A stretch of DNA of 64,000 bases, taken from assembly GCA_964455195.1 (NCBI GenBank), contig CAYVUY010000001.1:3642-67641 (forward strand), written 5' to 3'. The notes under the pieces are model-generated. The model was not told the DNA's origin, did no database searches, and saw only the letters and a list, made by a program, of their open reading frames with translations. The stretch's first letter is position 1. Every line of letters starts with the position of its first letter. Of the stretch, positions 28,577 through 38,945 are shown piece after piece. The translations under genes were made by a program, and so were the position numbers. The DNA comes from an uncultured Candidatus Saccharibacteria bacterium. Its GTDB lineage: Bacteria; Patescibacteriota; Minisyncoccia; Phycocordibacterales; UBA5272.

Positions 28577-29881
28577 TTATCTAGTATAAGACTCTGTGAG
28601 AGCTCTTACAAATCCCTCCCCTGATTCTGATATAGTTCTACGTCCTGAGAGGATATCGTTAACAGTAGCTTGTAACAATGCACTAGAAGTATTTGCATTA
28701 ATATCATACCAACCACGCGCAACTAAAATACTCTTTATATATTCTTGATTTACAGTAGTTGCCTGAGAGAGTATAGATTTAAGAGGAGAGAATCCCCCTG
28801 CGATAGATGCCATTTGGGCACCATAGATATTACTCGTAAGTAAATACTGCGCGGTAAGTGCTGTTGTGAGATTAGTTGAGCGTTTAAGTGTCGCTATAGC
28901 ATATACCTTCATACCTGTTGCTATTGTCGGATGACCTTTTGATTGTGGGAAAGATTTCACCCCTATATCTAAACGAGGATTCTTCGCGCGAATGAGAGCT
29001 TCCTCATCAGAATACCCTACATACATAGCAAGCTTCTCCGCTACGAATTGATCTTGGGCAAGTTGTGCTAATGGACTCCAAGTATAGGTTGCCTTACCTG
29101 GGTCTGAGAACTGTGTGAAGAATCTAAGTGATGACGTTAGTGGGTGAACAGGATCATTTGAAGTTAAAGGAGTATCAGCAAGTACCGTAAATTTCTCTTC
29201 AGTTCCAGAAATATTTCTCACCACTGGAACTTGTCCGAGCTGAGCTACGAAGGTCATGATGATATCTTTTGCTGCAGGAATATTAGTATATGAGCCAAGT
29301 GCGATAGCGCTTTGTAAAATTCTATTATTCACATCTATTACTGTAAGCTTAGGAACGATAGCTGCGATTTCATCCCACATAGTCGGTGGATCGATAAGCC
29401 CTGCATTAGAAAAGAGCGTATGGTTATAAAAAAGCATAAGCGGTGATATAGATATAGGTAAACCAAGAGCTCCACTTTCACTAAACAATATGGACATACC
29501 ATCTACATACAAGTCACGATATTGTTGTTGACTCATACTTTGTAGTGGGAATGGGTAGATACGATTACGTTGTTCGAGAATAATTTGGTACGGCACAAGA
29601 ATAAGATCAGGACCCCCACCAGAAGCTAGTGCTTCAAGTAATTTAGGAGAAAACGTTGCTTCATCAACTTGATTATAAGAAATACGATATGTCTTGGTTG
29701 TGGCATTAACTGCCTGAAGGAAACTTTCTACTTGGTTCTGAGGAAGAGTCCCCCACATTACAACTGTTCCCACAGGAGTATTGGCTTTATTTCCAGTACC
29801 AATAGGTAACTTACCGGAGAAAATAAGTACAGCAAACACCGCTGCAAAAATTCCCAATCCTAAAATAATATTCTTAAACAT
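28577..29881 (-). CDS. Extracellular solute-binding protein (sugar-binding family 1-like)
   Basis: N-terminal TM, ALASGGGPDL, LFYNHTLF, PPTMWDE; start MFKNIIL. Confidence 0.85.
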   Translation of the reverse strand: MFKNIILGLGIFAAVFAVLIFSGKLPIGTGNKANTPVGTVVMWGTLPQNQVESFLQAVNATTKTYRISYNQVDEATFSPKLLEALASGGGPDLILVPYQIILEQRNRIYPFPLQSMSQQQYRDLYVDGMSILFSESGALGLPISISPLMLFYNHTLFSNAGLIDPPTMWDEIAAIVPKLTVIDVNNRILQSAIALGSYTNIPAAKDIIMTFVAQLGQVPVVRNISGTEEKFTVLADTPLTSNDPVHPLTSSLRFFTQFSDPGKATYTWSPLAQLAQDQFVAEKLAMYVGYSDEEALIRAKNPRLDIGVKSFPQSKGHPTIATGMKVYAIATLKRSTNLTTALTAQYLLTSNIYGAQMASIAGGFSPLKSILSQATTVNQEYIKSILVARGWYDINANTSSALLQATVNDILSGRRTISESGEGFVRALTESYTR

Positions 29882-29885
29882 ATGT

Positions 29886-30410
29886 TTATAATTTGGTAGC
29901 AATAAATGCGTAATGATAATCCCCTGCTGGGAGTCTCTCACCGATTTGGAATCCATGCTTAGTGAAAAGTTCTTCAGCTCGCGCTTCAGAGACTACATGA
30001 GATGGATGCGGACCTATACCATCATGGGCCCCGGACCAATCAACACAAAGTACTCTTCCGGATGGGACTAAGATGCGAGCAGCTTCTTCTATGGCTTTTT
30101 CTGGATGCTCGAGCATGAAAAGAATGTTAGAGATTATAACTGCTTCCATTGAATACGAATCGATATATGTAGAAGTTTCAAGATCCGCCCACACAGTTTC
30201 TATATTTAAGAACCCCATTTTATGAGCAGTGTGCTCAAGAGTTTGTAATAAGTCACGATGAATATCTATCGCATAGACTTTACCTGTATCAGTAACTGCT
30301 CGAGCAAGTTCAAGAGCATACACACCAGAGCCCGCACCAAAGTCAGCTACAGCGGTGCCTTTTTTAATATACAATTTTTCTACGAGATGTGCTGGGGTAA
30401 GAAATGCCAT
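29886..30410 (-). CDS. Class I SAM-dependent methyltransferase
   Basis: VADFGAGSG, VYAIDI, RILVPSGR. Confidence 0.9.
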   Translation of the reverse strand: MAFLTPAHLVEKLYIKKGTAVADFGAGSGVYALELARAVTDTGKVYAIDIHRDLLQTLEHTAHKMGFLNIETVWADLETSTYIDSYSMEAVIISNILFMLEHPEKAIEEAARILVPSGRVLCVDWSGAHDGIGPHPSHVVSEARAEELFTKHGFQIGERLPAGDYHYAFIATKL

Positions 30411-30467
30411 ATAGCCCTAGTTTATAGGTAATAGTTAATAGTTACTAGTGGATACACCGGTATGTCT

Positions 30468-32948
30468 TTAGAGGAGATTAAAGGTTGCAACACTGTCCCC
30501 TTCACGTAACTTCATGATTCTCACACCTTGTGTATCGCGACCAAGTGTCGGAATAGAAGTAAGTTCTGTACGAATCACTTGAGATGCCTTTGATACCGCG
30601 AGTAACTCTTCAGTTTCTCCATTTACTACACGAGCAACCATGAGTTTTCCAGTCTTCTCTGTGACTTTCACTGTCTTGATACCTGACCCACCTCGCTTTT
30701 GTATCTTGTATTCAGATAACTTAGTCTTCTTTCCGTATCCATTAGCTGTCATGATAAGAAGTTCTGCGCCCTTACTTCCACCAACTATCTTATCTGATGC
30801 TACGATATGATCTCCCTTATCTAACTTCATTCCTATTACTCCAGCTGCAGTACGCCCCATTTCGCGAACGTCATTATGATCAAAACGTATAGACTGACCA
30901 TTCTGTGTAGTAAGGATCACACTATCATCTCCCGTTACGAAAAGTGTTGAAAGTAATTCATCTCCATCTTCTAGACGAATAGCAATAAGGCCGTTACGAC
31001 GTACATCCTTGAAACTATCTGCTGCAGATTTCTTCACGGTACCATCTTTAGTAATCATCATAAGAGATAAGCCTTGCATTGCTTTCACATCCTTTGGCAT
31101 TGGAAGAATAGAAGTAACCTTTTCATCACTGCCTAATTGAATGAAATTCATAATACTCTTACCACGTGTTGCACGCTTCCCTTCTGGAAGATCATACATC
31201 TTGATTTGATATGCTTTTCCTTTATCAGTAAAGAAGAGTAAATCTGAGTGTGAGGAAGTAGTAAGCGACATCGTGACAAAATCTTCTTCTTTAGTATTTA
31301 AATCAACTACCCCTACACCTCCACGCTTTTGTGTACGGAATTCTGATGGATCAGTACGCTTCACATACCCACCTGCGGTGTATACGAGTACTTCATCCTT
31401 TTCAGTAATTAAATCTTCTGGATTAAATTCCTTAGCGCGATGCTTCACAATCTTAGTACGACGCTCATCACCATAACGCTCCTTGATATCACCAAGCTCA
31501 TCTTTAATAATCTTCATCATTACCTTCTTACTAGCGAGAATTGCGCGAAGTTCTGCGATGAGAGCCTGTACTGCTTTCAAATCATCTTCTATCTTCTTAC
31601 GCTCAAGACCAGCGAGACGCTGTAATTTCATTTCAAGAATTGCAGTAGCTTGAATTTCAGAGAACTTGAATTTCTTCATCAATTGCGCATGAGCATCAGG
31701 AGTATCTTTTGATTTCTTAATCGTCTGGATGATTTCATCAATATGATCAAGTGCCTTCTTTAAACCAAGTAAAATATGCTCTTTTTCGAGTGCGCGAGCG
31801 AGATCGAACTCTGTGCGACGACGAATAACTTCACTACGATGGCTAATGAATTCTGACAATGAGTCTTTAAGCGAAAGTGTCTGTGGAATACCATCAACGA
31901 GAGCTACGACGTTGTAGTGGAATGTAGTTTCGAGTTCTGTATGTTTATATAAATAATTAAGTACCTTTTGTGGTTGAGCTCCACTCTTTAAATCTATTAC
32001 AACACGAATATCTTTCGCTGACTCATCGCGAAGTCCTTTGATACCATCAATCTTCTTTTCTCGTACGAGATCAGCAATCTTTTCAATTAAATTACTTTTA
32101 AGAACTCTAAACGGAATAGAGGTAATAATGATTTGGAATTGACCATTTTTAGTTTCTACAATTTCTGCTTCACCACGAGTAACCACTCCCCCACGACCAG
32201 TTGCATACGCATGACGAATATCTGCTTGACCAAACGCAATACCCCCAAGTGGGAAATCTGGACCTTTAACATAATCACAAAGTTCCTCAGTGGTAGCCTG
32301 AGGATTATCGATAAGATGAAGTGTTGCATCCACTACTTCATTAAGGTTATGTGGTGGAATATTCGTAGCCATTCCCACCGCGATACCGAGAGTTCCATTA
32401 AGAAGCATTGATGGTACAGCTGTAGGAAGTACTGATGGTTCTTTCTTAGTTCCATCGTAGTTCGGAGTCATATCGACGGTATCCTTTTCGATGTCACGCA
32501 TAAGCTCCATAGATATCTTAGACATCTTAGCTTCTGTATAACGATATGCCGCAGCTCCATCACCGTCGATAGAACCGAAGTTACCTTGACCCATCACAAG
32601 AGGATAACGATAAGAGAAGTCCTGTGCACTTTTTACCATAGCGTCATATACTGACGCATCTCCATGTGGGTGATAGTTACCAAGCACCTCTCCTACAATC
32701 GTCGCAGACTTACGGAACTTGGCCCCTGCAGTAAGACCCATATTATGCATAGCAAAAAGAATTCTACGATGTACTGGCTTAAGTCCATCACGAGCATCCG
32801 GTAGGGCACGAGAAGTAATAACACTCATCGCATAGTCAAGATATGCGCGACGCATTTCTTCAGAAATATTCACTGGCATATGCTCTGAAATCGCTGTATT
32901 TTTTACAGGTTCTTCGGGTGGAGTGTTTTTATTTGGAGCTTTAGCCAT
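30468..32948 (-). CDS. gyrA: DNA gyrase subunit A
   Basis: [22 protein letters not shown] catalytic Tyr, GyrA box QKRGGVG. Confidence 0.98.
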   Translation of the reverse strand: MAKAPNKNTPPEEPVKNTAISEHMPVNISEEMRRAYLDYAMSVITSRALPDARDGLKPVHRRILFAMHNMGLTAGAKFRKSATIVGEVLGNYHPHGDASVYDAMVKSAQDFSYRYPLVMGQGNFGSIDGDGAAAYRYTEAKMSKISMELMRDIEKDTVDMTPNYDGTKKEPSVLPTAVPSMLLNGTLGIAVGMATNIPPHNLNEVVDATLHLIDNPQATTEELCDYVKGPDFPLGGIAFGQADIRHAYATGRGGVVTRGEAEIVETKNGQFQIIITSIPFRVLKSNLIEKIADLVREKKIDGIKGLRDESAKDIRVVIDLKSGAQPQKVLNYLYKHTELETTFHYNVVALVDGIPQTLSLKDSLSEFISHRSEVIRRRTEFDLARALEKEHILLGLKKALDHIDEIIQTIKKSKDTPDAHAQLMKKFKFSEIQATAILEMKLQRLAGLERKKIEDDLKAVQALIAELRAILASKKVMMKIIKDELGDIKERYGDERRTKIVKHRAKEFNPEDLITEKDEVLVYTAGGYVKRTDPSEFRTQKRGGVGVVDLNTKEEDFVTMSLTTSSHSDLLFFTDKGKAYQIKMYDLPEGKRATRGKSIMNFIQLGSDEKVTSILPMPKDVKAMQGLSLMMITKDGTVKKSAADSFKDVRRNGLIAIRLEDGDELLSTLFVTGDDSVILTTQNGQSIRFDHNDVREMGRTAAGVIGMKLDKGDHIVASDKIVGGSKGAELLIMTANGYGKKTKLSEYKIQKRGGSGIKTVKVTEKTGKLMVARVVNGETEELLAVSKASQVIRTELTSIPTLGRDTQGVRIMKLREGDSVATFNLL

Positions 32949-33008
32949 AGATTTATTTTCCTAGTATAGCAAAATTATACGAAATTGACGAGTGCTTTTC
33001 CTTACTAT

Positions 33009-33371
33009 TTATTCTGGTCTTTGATAGATTTTAGTCTCTGAAATTGAATCAGAAAAACTCTTTGGAATAGAATCCATCCTTGTTTTTGCATCATTAAAAA
33101 ATCGGGAGAGAGTCTCCTTTGGGCTTGGAAAACCACCTTCTGTGGAAGTGCTCGTAGTTCCGTTAGAAAGATCTCTTACTTCATAACTTTGGCCTTCAAC
33201 ATAAACATCATTCTCTGGAGAAGACCAGAATCCATAGTGGAAGTGAAGCCATAGCACTGCAACGATAACAGTAATGACCCCAGAAATACTGAAAGCATGC
33301 ACTCTCTGGTGATACGTAGATTGTCTACGCATATGCTTCAAATATTTTTTAATCATTCCTATAATATCCAT
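33009..33371 (-). CDS. Single-TM hypothetical protein
   Basis: 120-aa ORF with one TM helix. Confidence 0.7.
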   Translation of the reverse strand: MDIIGMIKKYLKHMRRQSTYHQRVHAFSISGVITVIVAVLWLHFHYGFWSSPENDVYVEGQSYEVRDLSNGTTSTSTEGGFPSPKETLSRFFNDAKTRMDSIPKSFSDSISETKIYQRPE

Positions 33372-33487
33372 AAAGTATCACTAGTATACCCCAAAATTAC
33401 AGCTTTAGTTTTTAATACAAAACATACAATAAGGTATACTAAGTAAGGTTGTTTAACTTTGTTCTTGACCACATTTATGGAGGTTCC

Positions 33488-33676
33488 ATGCCAAGTCTAA
33501 ATCCTGAATGGCAAAAGCGGATTCGTCTTGCAAAACGGGAAAACCGCAAATTAGCCAAAAACTTTCCTGAATTCTTTCCTGAGTATCAAATGCTCCGTCT
33601 AAGCGAAAAGGCGCTGAAAGATGCAAAGGAGGCGCACCGTCTGGCGAGCACTGCGTGGAAAGCTATTCGGGGGTAA
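33488..33676 (+). CDS. Small basic hypothetical protein (SD-led orphan)
   Basis: GGAGG before ATG 33488; downstream hairpin gaaatctcggc...gtcgagatttt. Confidence 0.55.
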   Translation: MPSLNPEWQKRIRLAKRENRKLAKNFPEFFPEYQMLRLSEKALKDAKEAHRLASTAWKAIRG

Positions 33677-33784
33677 TGCAAATATGTTCAGTTCGAAATC
33701 TCGGCCATACCAATGTGTCGAGATTTTCTACTTTAAAACTTTCAATACTTTTAATTTTTAATGTAGAAAACCAATAGTGAAAAT

Positions 33785-34708
33785 CTAATACCCCACTGTC
33801 ACAGTAATCTCTGCTACTGTATCGGTTCTACTTACCCACATAGCGCACATTGTTCCAGGTGTTGGTTTACAGTCATTGTAAATGGTTTTAAGTAATTTCG
33901 CGGTATATGTTCCTGCTGTTGGATACGTGTAATATGACAGATATCCATCACAGCTCAATTTTCCTTGGGTGTTAGTTGTCCCCGAAACCTGAGAAATAGT
34001 ATTCATAGCATTTGCATACATCGAATCTACTTTACCATTACCATAATCTACTGAGTAGAGGGAATTTTGATCACACATAGAGATGACATTACCACCATTT
34101 GCTTTACTCCCCGCTGTAAAAACCACAGCAAGTGGGTTAGTTACATACGGTTGTCGTGCATATGTAAAAGACAATACCCCATCTGAAACTACTGGAGGGG
34201 TAGCGACTTCATTCGAAGTTGTAGGACACGCTACGAATTCACAGTTTGGTCCGGATCTCCCTACATAAGTTTTACCATCCGGACAAAGTTTCGCTTCTGC
34301 AGTACAAGCAACCATACCAGGATTAACCGGAGAAGGTGTAGGAGATGGAGAGTATCCTGAAATTGGTGGTAGTGGTGCAGATTGAGTACCGCATGTTAAT
34401 GCTTTTATTTTACTTCGTGTGAGAGGTCCTACACGCCCTGTGTTATCTATATTATTTGCACGTTGAAATCTTTTTACAGCAGAAAGCGTTGCTACTCCAA
34501 AAAATCCTGTTGGTTCTCCAGATAAATACTGTGGACTGAGGAAATCTTGAAGAAGAGAAACTTCTCCTGAAGTTTTTGCATCGCGAGCACGATAAGAAAG
34601 ATTGTATTGTAAATCTATACAATTATTTGAACTAACGAAATCATCAGTGAGAGCAAATGAAGTTGAAAACGAAATTAATAATAAAGAAGCTAAGACAAAT
34701 TTTTTCAT
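33785..34708 (-). CDS. Secreted protein with peptidoglycan-binding domain and CTxEAKxCPDG module
   Basis: Internal start MKKFVLASLLLISFSTSFA; EVSLLQDFL...TGFFGVATLSAVKRFQ...TGRVGPLTR. Confidence 0.8.
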   Translation of the reverse strand: MKKFVLASLLLISFSTSFALTDDFVSSNNCIDLQYNLSYRARDAKTSGEVSLLQDFLSPQYLSGEPTGFFGVATLSAVKRFQRANNIDNTGRVGPLTRSKIKALTCGTQSAPLPPISGYSPSPTPSPVNPGMVACTAEAKLCPDGKTYVGRSGPNCEFVACPTTSNEVATPPVVSDGVLSFTYARQPYVTNPLAVVFTAGSKANGGNVISMCDQNSLYSVDYGNGKVDSMYANAMNTISQVSGTTNTQGKLSCDGYLSYYTYPTAGTYTAKLLKTIYNDCKPTPGTMCAMWVSRTDTVAEITVTVGY

Positions 34709-35377
34709 ATGTATTAAGAGTAACACCAGTAAAAGCTTTTCTACCATATCGTGGACAAGAATCACCGCTCCTAATTTTCCTTCAATATCTTTTCTTTTAA
34801 TAGTAAGTTTCTCAACTGGTTCAACCTTTTCAGAACCTGCTTCTTTCAAGAAGATCGGCAGTGTTTGTTCGTTGTAGTCCATCGGGATGCAAAGCTTAGG
34901 TTCAAGTGCTACAGATAACTTATGAGCATCATATGGATTAAGCGTTACTTCGTCTCCGCCAACTGGTACGAAAAGTACATCTGTTTCATCAATAATTTCT
35001 TTATGTGCTGGTTCAAGTATGTGATGTAGCGCACCCAAAAAGGTAATGCGAATACCATCTAAAGTAAAGACATAACTGGTATTTTGATATATTCTCTTTT
35101 TCTTTCCATCAAGAAGTTCTGTCTCTGTCGCGAATCCTTTAATGAATATTCCCGCTACTTCATATTCCCCTGCGCCTTTAATTACGAAAGGTACTTTATC
35201 TCCATGTGTTACCTGTTCGGAACCATTGTAATCTGGGTGATTAGTAGTAATAAGACATATATCTGCTCCGTATTTCGCAATCTTTCCTTTACCATCTTTC
35301 GATACTGGGTTGGTAGCAATAGTGAGATCTCCAACTTGAAGCTTGAAATGCTCTCGTCCGTAATGTGTGATTATCAT
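34709..35377 (-). CDS. Metallo-beta-lactamase-fold protein, read in frame into the next gene
   Basis: MIITHYG.. start, ITTNHPDYN, GEYEV, DVLFVPVGG, IPMDY; no stop codon before 34708. Confidence 0.75.
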
Positions 35378-35419
35378 GTGACCTATTCTAACACGAGACT
35401 TAGTTTCAGAAAATATTAT

Positions 35420-35448
35420 TTGACAATGTCAATAAAAAGTAGTATTAT
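35420..35448 (+). promoter_or_regulatory. Sigma70 promoter with a palindrome over the -35 box
   Basis: TTGACA-17-TATTAT; ttgaca-a-tgtcaa inverted repeat. Confidence 0.65.
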
Positions 35449-35506
35449 AATAATGTACTTTGAATTAAAGCATTTCAATTGCAGTACCTTACAAGGAGAG
35501 ACGCAC

Positions 35507-35794
35507 ATGGCACTACGCCGATTGAAAGGGGTAAACATCAGTCATCAAGGAGCAGCGGAAGCGAACATGCACTCGAGCAAACCAGTCTACGCGCTGGCTC
35601 CGGGCCAAATCACGATTGTTTCGGTGCTTGGCGATGAAATCGCCGAAGCGATGGTCCAGGAGCATCAATCAAACATCGAAAGGCGGATTGCTGCCGGAGA
35701 CGAAAATGTCGAACGGCTCATGACTATCGCCTGCGAAGTCATCGAAACTCACGCAAGTCATGAAGACCGTCAGGACTTCGACGACAGGCGCTAA
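35507..35794 (+). CDS. Hypothetical protein (SD-led orphan)
   Basis: AAGGAG before ATG 35507 (MALRRLKG); terminator 35811-35836. Confidence 0.7.
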   Translation: MALRRLKGVNISHQGAAEANMHSSKPVYALAPGQITIVSVLGDEIAEAMVQEHQSNIERRIAAGDENVERLMTIACEVIETHASHEDRQDFDDRR

Positions 35795-35861
35795 CACCTC
35801 GAAATCCCTCAGGGGCCAGCCAACAGGCTGGCCCCTATTCATTTATATACATTCAATTGAG

Positions 35862-36100
35862 TTGCCAAAATCGCCAAAATACTATAGTATGAGACTACTC
35901 TAATTATTAACAAGAGAACGTTCTGGCGTAACCCTCCGTTACCGATTGCATTGGCAAAGTAATGGAAAAACCAGACCGAAGCGTACATCCGCATTCGTGC
36001 GGAAATTTTTCTTTTGACAAGCGAGGATAACGCACAAATAAAATTTGTATGTTATCCGAGTGCAGTCAAAAAACAAAAAAGTTTAAGAAACTTAATTTTT
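35862..36100 (+). promoter_or_regulatory. rpsA promoter and ~200-nt structured 5' leader
   Basis: TTGCCA-17-TAGTAT then several hairpins. Confidence 0.55.
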
Positions 36101-37180
36101 ATGGAAGAAACAAAACAAGTAGTAGATACACCAGTTCTTAAGAACGAGGATATCGTAGAAGGTTCTGTCGTAGCTATCGAGAAAGCTGCATTATATGTAG
36201 ATCTCGGTAACTTCGGTACAGGTATTATTTATGGTATCGAGTTCATGAATGCTCGTGACGTTATCAAGCGTATCAACATTGGAGATTCTATCTCTGCTAA
36301 AGTTGTAATGCGTGAAAATGAGAACGGCTATGTAGAACTTTCACTTAAGGAAGCTCGCCAAGCTCTCATTTGGTCTGATGCAGAAGTTGCTATTCGTGAG
36401 AAGCGTATCGTTGATATCGTCGTTAAAGACGCTAACAAGGGTGGTCTTATTCTCGATTGGCAAGGCATCATGGGATTCCTCCCTGCATCACAGCTTAAGG
36501 AAGAAAATTATCCTCGCATCGAAGATGGAGATAAGGACAAGATTATGCGTGAATTAAAGAAGCTTATCGGTAAGCGTCTTTCAGTAATGATGATTAACGC
36601 TATTCCAAAAGAAGGTAAGCTTATCTTCTCAGAAAAGGATAGTAAGGGTGGAGCAACTGGAGGTTCTACAAACAAGGAAAAGGGTGAAATCACCTCTGGT
36701 TCTTATGTTGTAGGTGATGAAGTAGACGGTACTGTAACAGGTGTTGTTGAATTCGGAATCTTCGTACGTCTCGAAGAAGGTGTGGAAGGTCTTGTACACA
36801 AGAGTGAAATTGATTGGGGTCTTGTAGAAGATACTAAGGCATACGCTCGTGTAGGAGATAAGGTTCGCGCTAAGATTATCGAGATTAAGGATGGTAAGAT
36901 TTCTCTTTCTATGAAAGCTCTTAAGCAAAACCCATGGAAAGAAGCTGCCGCTAAATACAAGAAAGGTGATGCTGTCACCGGTGTTGTTATCAAGTTCAAC
37001 AAGCATGGTGCACTCGTTTCTGTAGAAGAAGGAGTGGCTGGTCTTGTGCATGTATCTGATTTCGGAGATGAAGAGAAGCTTCGCGCTACTCTTTCACTTG
37101 GAAAGAGCTACAACTTCAGTATCACACTCTTTGATGCTGACGAAGAAAGAATGACTCTTTCTTTTGCAGACAAGAAATAA
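36101..37180 (+). CDS. rpsA: 30S ribosomal protein S1 (four S1 domains)
   Basis: S1 repeats (GFLPASQL, FGIFV..EGLVHKSEI, GLVHVSD); start MEETKQ. Confidence 0.92.
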   Translation: MEETKQVVDTPVLKNEDIVEGSVVAIEKAALYVDLGNFGTGIIYGIEFMNARDVIKRINIGDSISAKVVMRENENGYVELSLKEARQALIWSDAEVAIREKRIVDIVVKDANKGGLILDWQGIMGFLPASQLKEENYPRIEDGDKDKIMRELKKLIGKRLSVMMINAIPKEGKLIFSEKDSKGGATGGSTNKEKGEITSGSYVVGDEVDGTVTGVVEFGIFVRLEEGVEGLVHKSEIDWGLVEDTKAYARVGDKVRAKIIEIKDGKISLSMKALKQNPWKEAAAKYKKGDAVTGVVIKFNKHGALVSVEEGVAGLVHVSDFGDEEKLRATLSLGKSYNFSITLFDADEERMTLSFADKK

Positions 37181-37204
37181 CTAGTTTAAAACGTTTAAAG
37201 TTTG

Positions 37205-37248
37205 TACATAATAAAAGCATCACTACACAGTGATGCTTTTATTATGTG
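37205..37248. terminator. Bidirectional terminator
   Basis: cataataaaagcatcact-acac-agtgatgcttttattatg. Confidence 0.85.
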
Positions 37249-37260
37249 TATCAACAAAAT

Positions 37261-38250
37261 CTAGGCGTATTGTTTTTTCCTTCTGCCGATATAAAAAACG
37301 TGATTCTCTTTATGGATTTCCCTAACACTCCTTACTAGAGAAATATTATTCGTAAGTATTAAATCTTCTGATTCCCCTAACTGTAAAACATATTCCTTTT
37401 CTGAATCAAAAGAAGAGGAATGTAAAATAGAAACCGCCTCCTCTAGAATTCTTTTTGAATAATGAACGGTGATTTTATCACTGAACATATAAACATCCTT
37501 CGGTATAGCAATAGTATTTTGTGGAACTTTTTCTATCTCACGTCTTAACCCATCAATAGCAACACAGATTTCATCATATCTAGTCCAATCTTCCTCTTCT
37601 AGGACCTGAGCAACTTCTTTACTTATTCTTTCTGTGCTTTTAGCTCTCCCAAAATCAATAACATAAGGAAGCCCTGACTCTTTATCAATCATGATATTTC
37701 TTGCGAATAAATCTCCGTGAACTATATTCTTTTTTGCATGTAAAGAATCTACATAATCTGACACTATATCCAAGAATAAATCATAATCAAACCCTTCTGG
37801 TAATTGTTCTGTTCCATTAAAAATATGCTGTAGATTAACTGCATTTAATTTTTCCATAACAATAATAGCGGTATCCCCTGTCTCAATACACATTTCCGCA
37901 ACTGGAGTTCGACAACCACGCAAATTTAATCCTCTTACTTTTTCCATAAAATTAAATTCTTGAAGTGGTGAAGCTCCCAAATCATAGTGTGTAGCATTCG
38001 GTAATGAGTGTCTATTTTTCATAATCTTGAAACAAGATTTTTTTTGATTCGGCATATCGTACACTCGGGCAGCTCCACCATTATCAATAAAATTTCCTTG
38101 ATCTTGTGCAAGTGAAGCTAAGTACTGTGTATATTCTAAAGATTTCTTTTCTTCCAAAGAAGGCATTTGATTGCTTAATTCGAAACGAATTACTGATGCC
38201 TTAGCATTAGTCTCCATTGTATTTTCGCGTGATGGTCCTTGTTCAAACAT
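37261..38250 (-). CDS. Protein kinase-like (Ser/Thr kinase / RIO-like) protein
   Basis: GGAARVY, FKIMK, IVMEK, HGDLFARNIMID, VIDFG. Confidence 0.82.
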   Translation of the reverse strand: MFEQGPSRENTMETNAKASVIRFELSNQMPSLEEKKSLEYTQYLASLAQDQGNFIDNGGAARVYDMPNQKKSCFKIMKNRHSLPNATHYDLGASPLQEFNFMEKVRGLNLRGCRTPVAEMCIETGDTAIIVMEKLNAVNLQHIFNGTEQLPEGFDYDLFLDIVSDYVDSLHAKKNIVHGDLFARNIMIDKESGLPYVIDFGRAKSTERISKEVAQVLEEEDWTRYDEICVAIDGLRREIEKVPQNTIAIPKDVYMFSDKITVHYSKRILEEAVSILHSSSFDSEKEYVLQLGESEDLILTNNISLVRSVREIHKENHVFYIGRRKKQYA

Positions 38251-38255
38251 ATATT

Positions 38256-38780
38256 TTAATTAAATCTTTCCATTGCTTTCATATACCCATTCTCTACTAT
38301 TTCTGTGAGAGCATACTCAACACGTCTAGAAATAAGCTTTAACTCTTTCATTTCTTCCTCTGTGAAGTTACCAAGCACATACTTTTGCACTTCATCTCCA
38401 TGTGGAGGAGTTGCGCTCTCTGTAAGCATTTCTTTCGGTCCTATTCCAATACGAAGACGTATAAAAGCTGTTGTGCCTAATGCTTCTATTATACTCTTCA
38501 CACCGTTGTGTCCTCCATCACCCCTATCATAAGAGATACGAATAGTACCTAAAGGTAAATCTTTATCGTCATAGAGTATGACAAGTTCTCTGTCATTGTG
38601 ATACTTAAGGTACTCGTAGATAGCAACTCCTGACTCATTCATGAATGTTGTCGGAATAAATAACTCCATACGCTTTTCATCTATCGTAATTTCACCACAC
38701 ACAATACGTCCAGCATTGTGACGGGTGTTCTCATACTGCTTACCTGGGTTTCCGAGTGGCACTAACGTATACATAATCAT
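38256..38780 (-). CDS. pth: Peptidyl-tRNA hydrolase
   Basis: LGNPG..Y..TRHNAG, FMNESG, GGHNG, RLRIGIG. Confidence 0.96.
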   Translation of the reverse strand: MIMYTLVPLGNPGKQYENTRHNAGRIVCGEITIDEKRMELFIPTTFMNESGVAIYEYLKYHNDRELVILYDDKDLPLGTIRISYDRGDGGHNGVKSIIEALGTTAFIRLRIGIGPKEMLTESATPPHGDEVQKYVLGNFTEEEMKELKLISRRVEYALTEIVENGYMKAMERFN

Positions 38781-38825
38781 AAAAGTGTATCACAAAAAAC
38801 AAAGAGTTATTTTGATAGAAATAGC

Positions 38826-38934
38826 GATTATGTTTTTGCGATGCCGAAGTAATTAGTATTTATGAGCTTTACGAAATAAATATTTTAGTACTAGCGGCAC
38901 ACGTCACGTTGCAGTGCATCGCAAGAACGATTAT
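38826..38934. mobile_element. MITE-like hairpin element B
   Basis: 13-bp imperfect terminal inverted repeats gtttttgcgatgc/gcatcgcaagaac (38832-38928) flanked by GATTAT direct repeats; core homologous to 4896-4965. Confidence 0.6.
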
Positions 38935-38945
38935 ACTGATGCAAC

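Noticed and set aside
35084-35506. Upstream part of the 236-aa ORF
   Set aside because: Overlaps the antisense MBL gene and the promoter; SD supports a start at 35507
38860-38880. TTTATGAG-cttta-CGAAA resembles a hammerhead ribozyme core
   Set aside because: Lacks the invariant CUGA and a third stem with an NUH site; better explained as a tandem-GA hairpin
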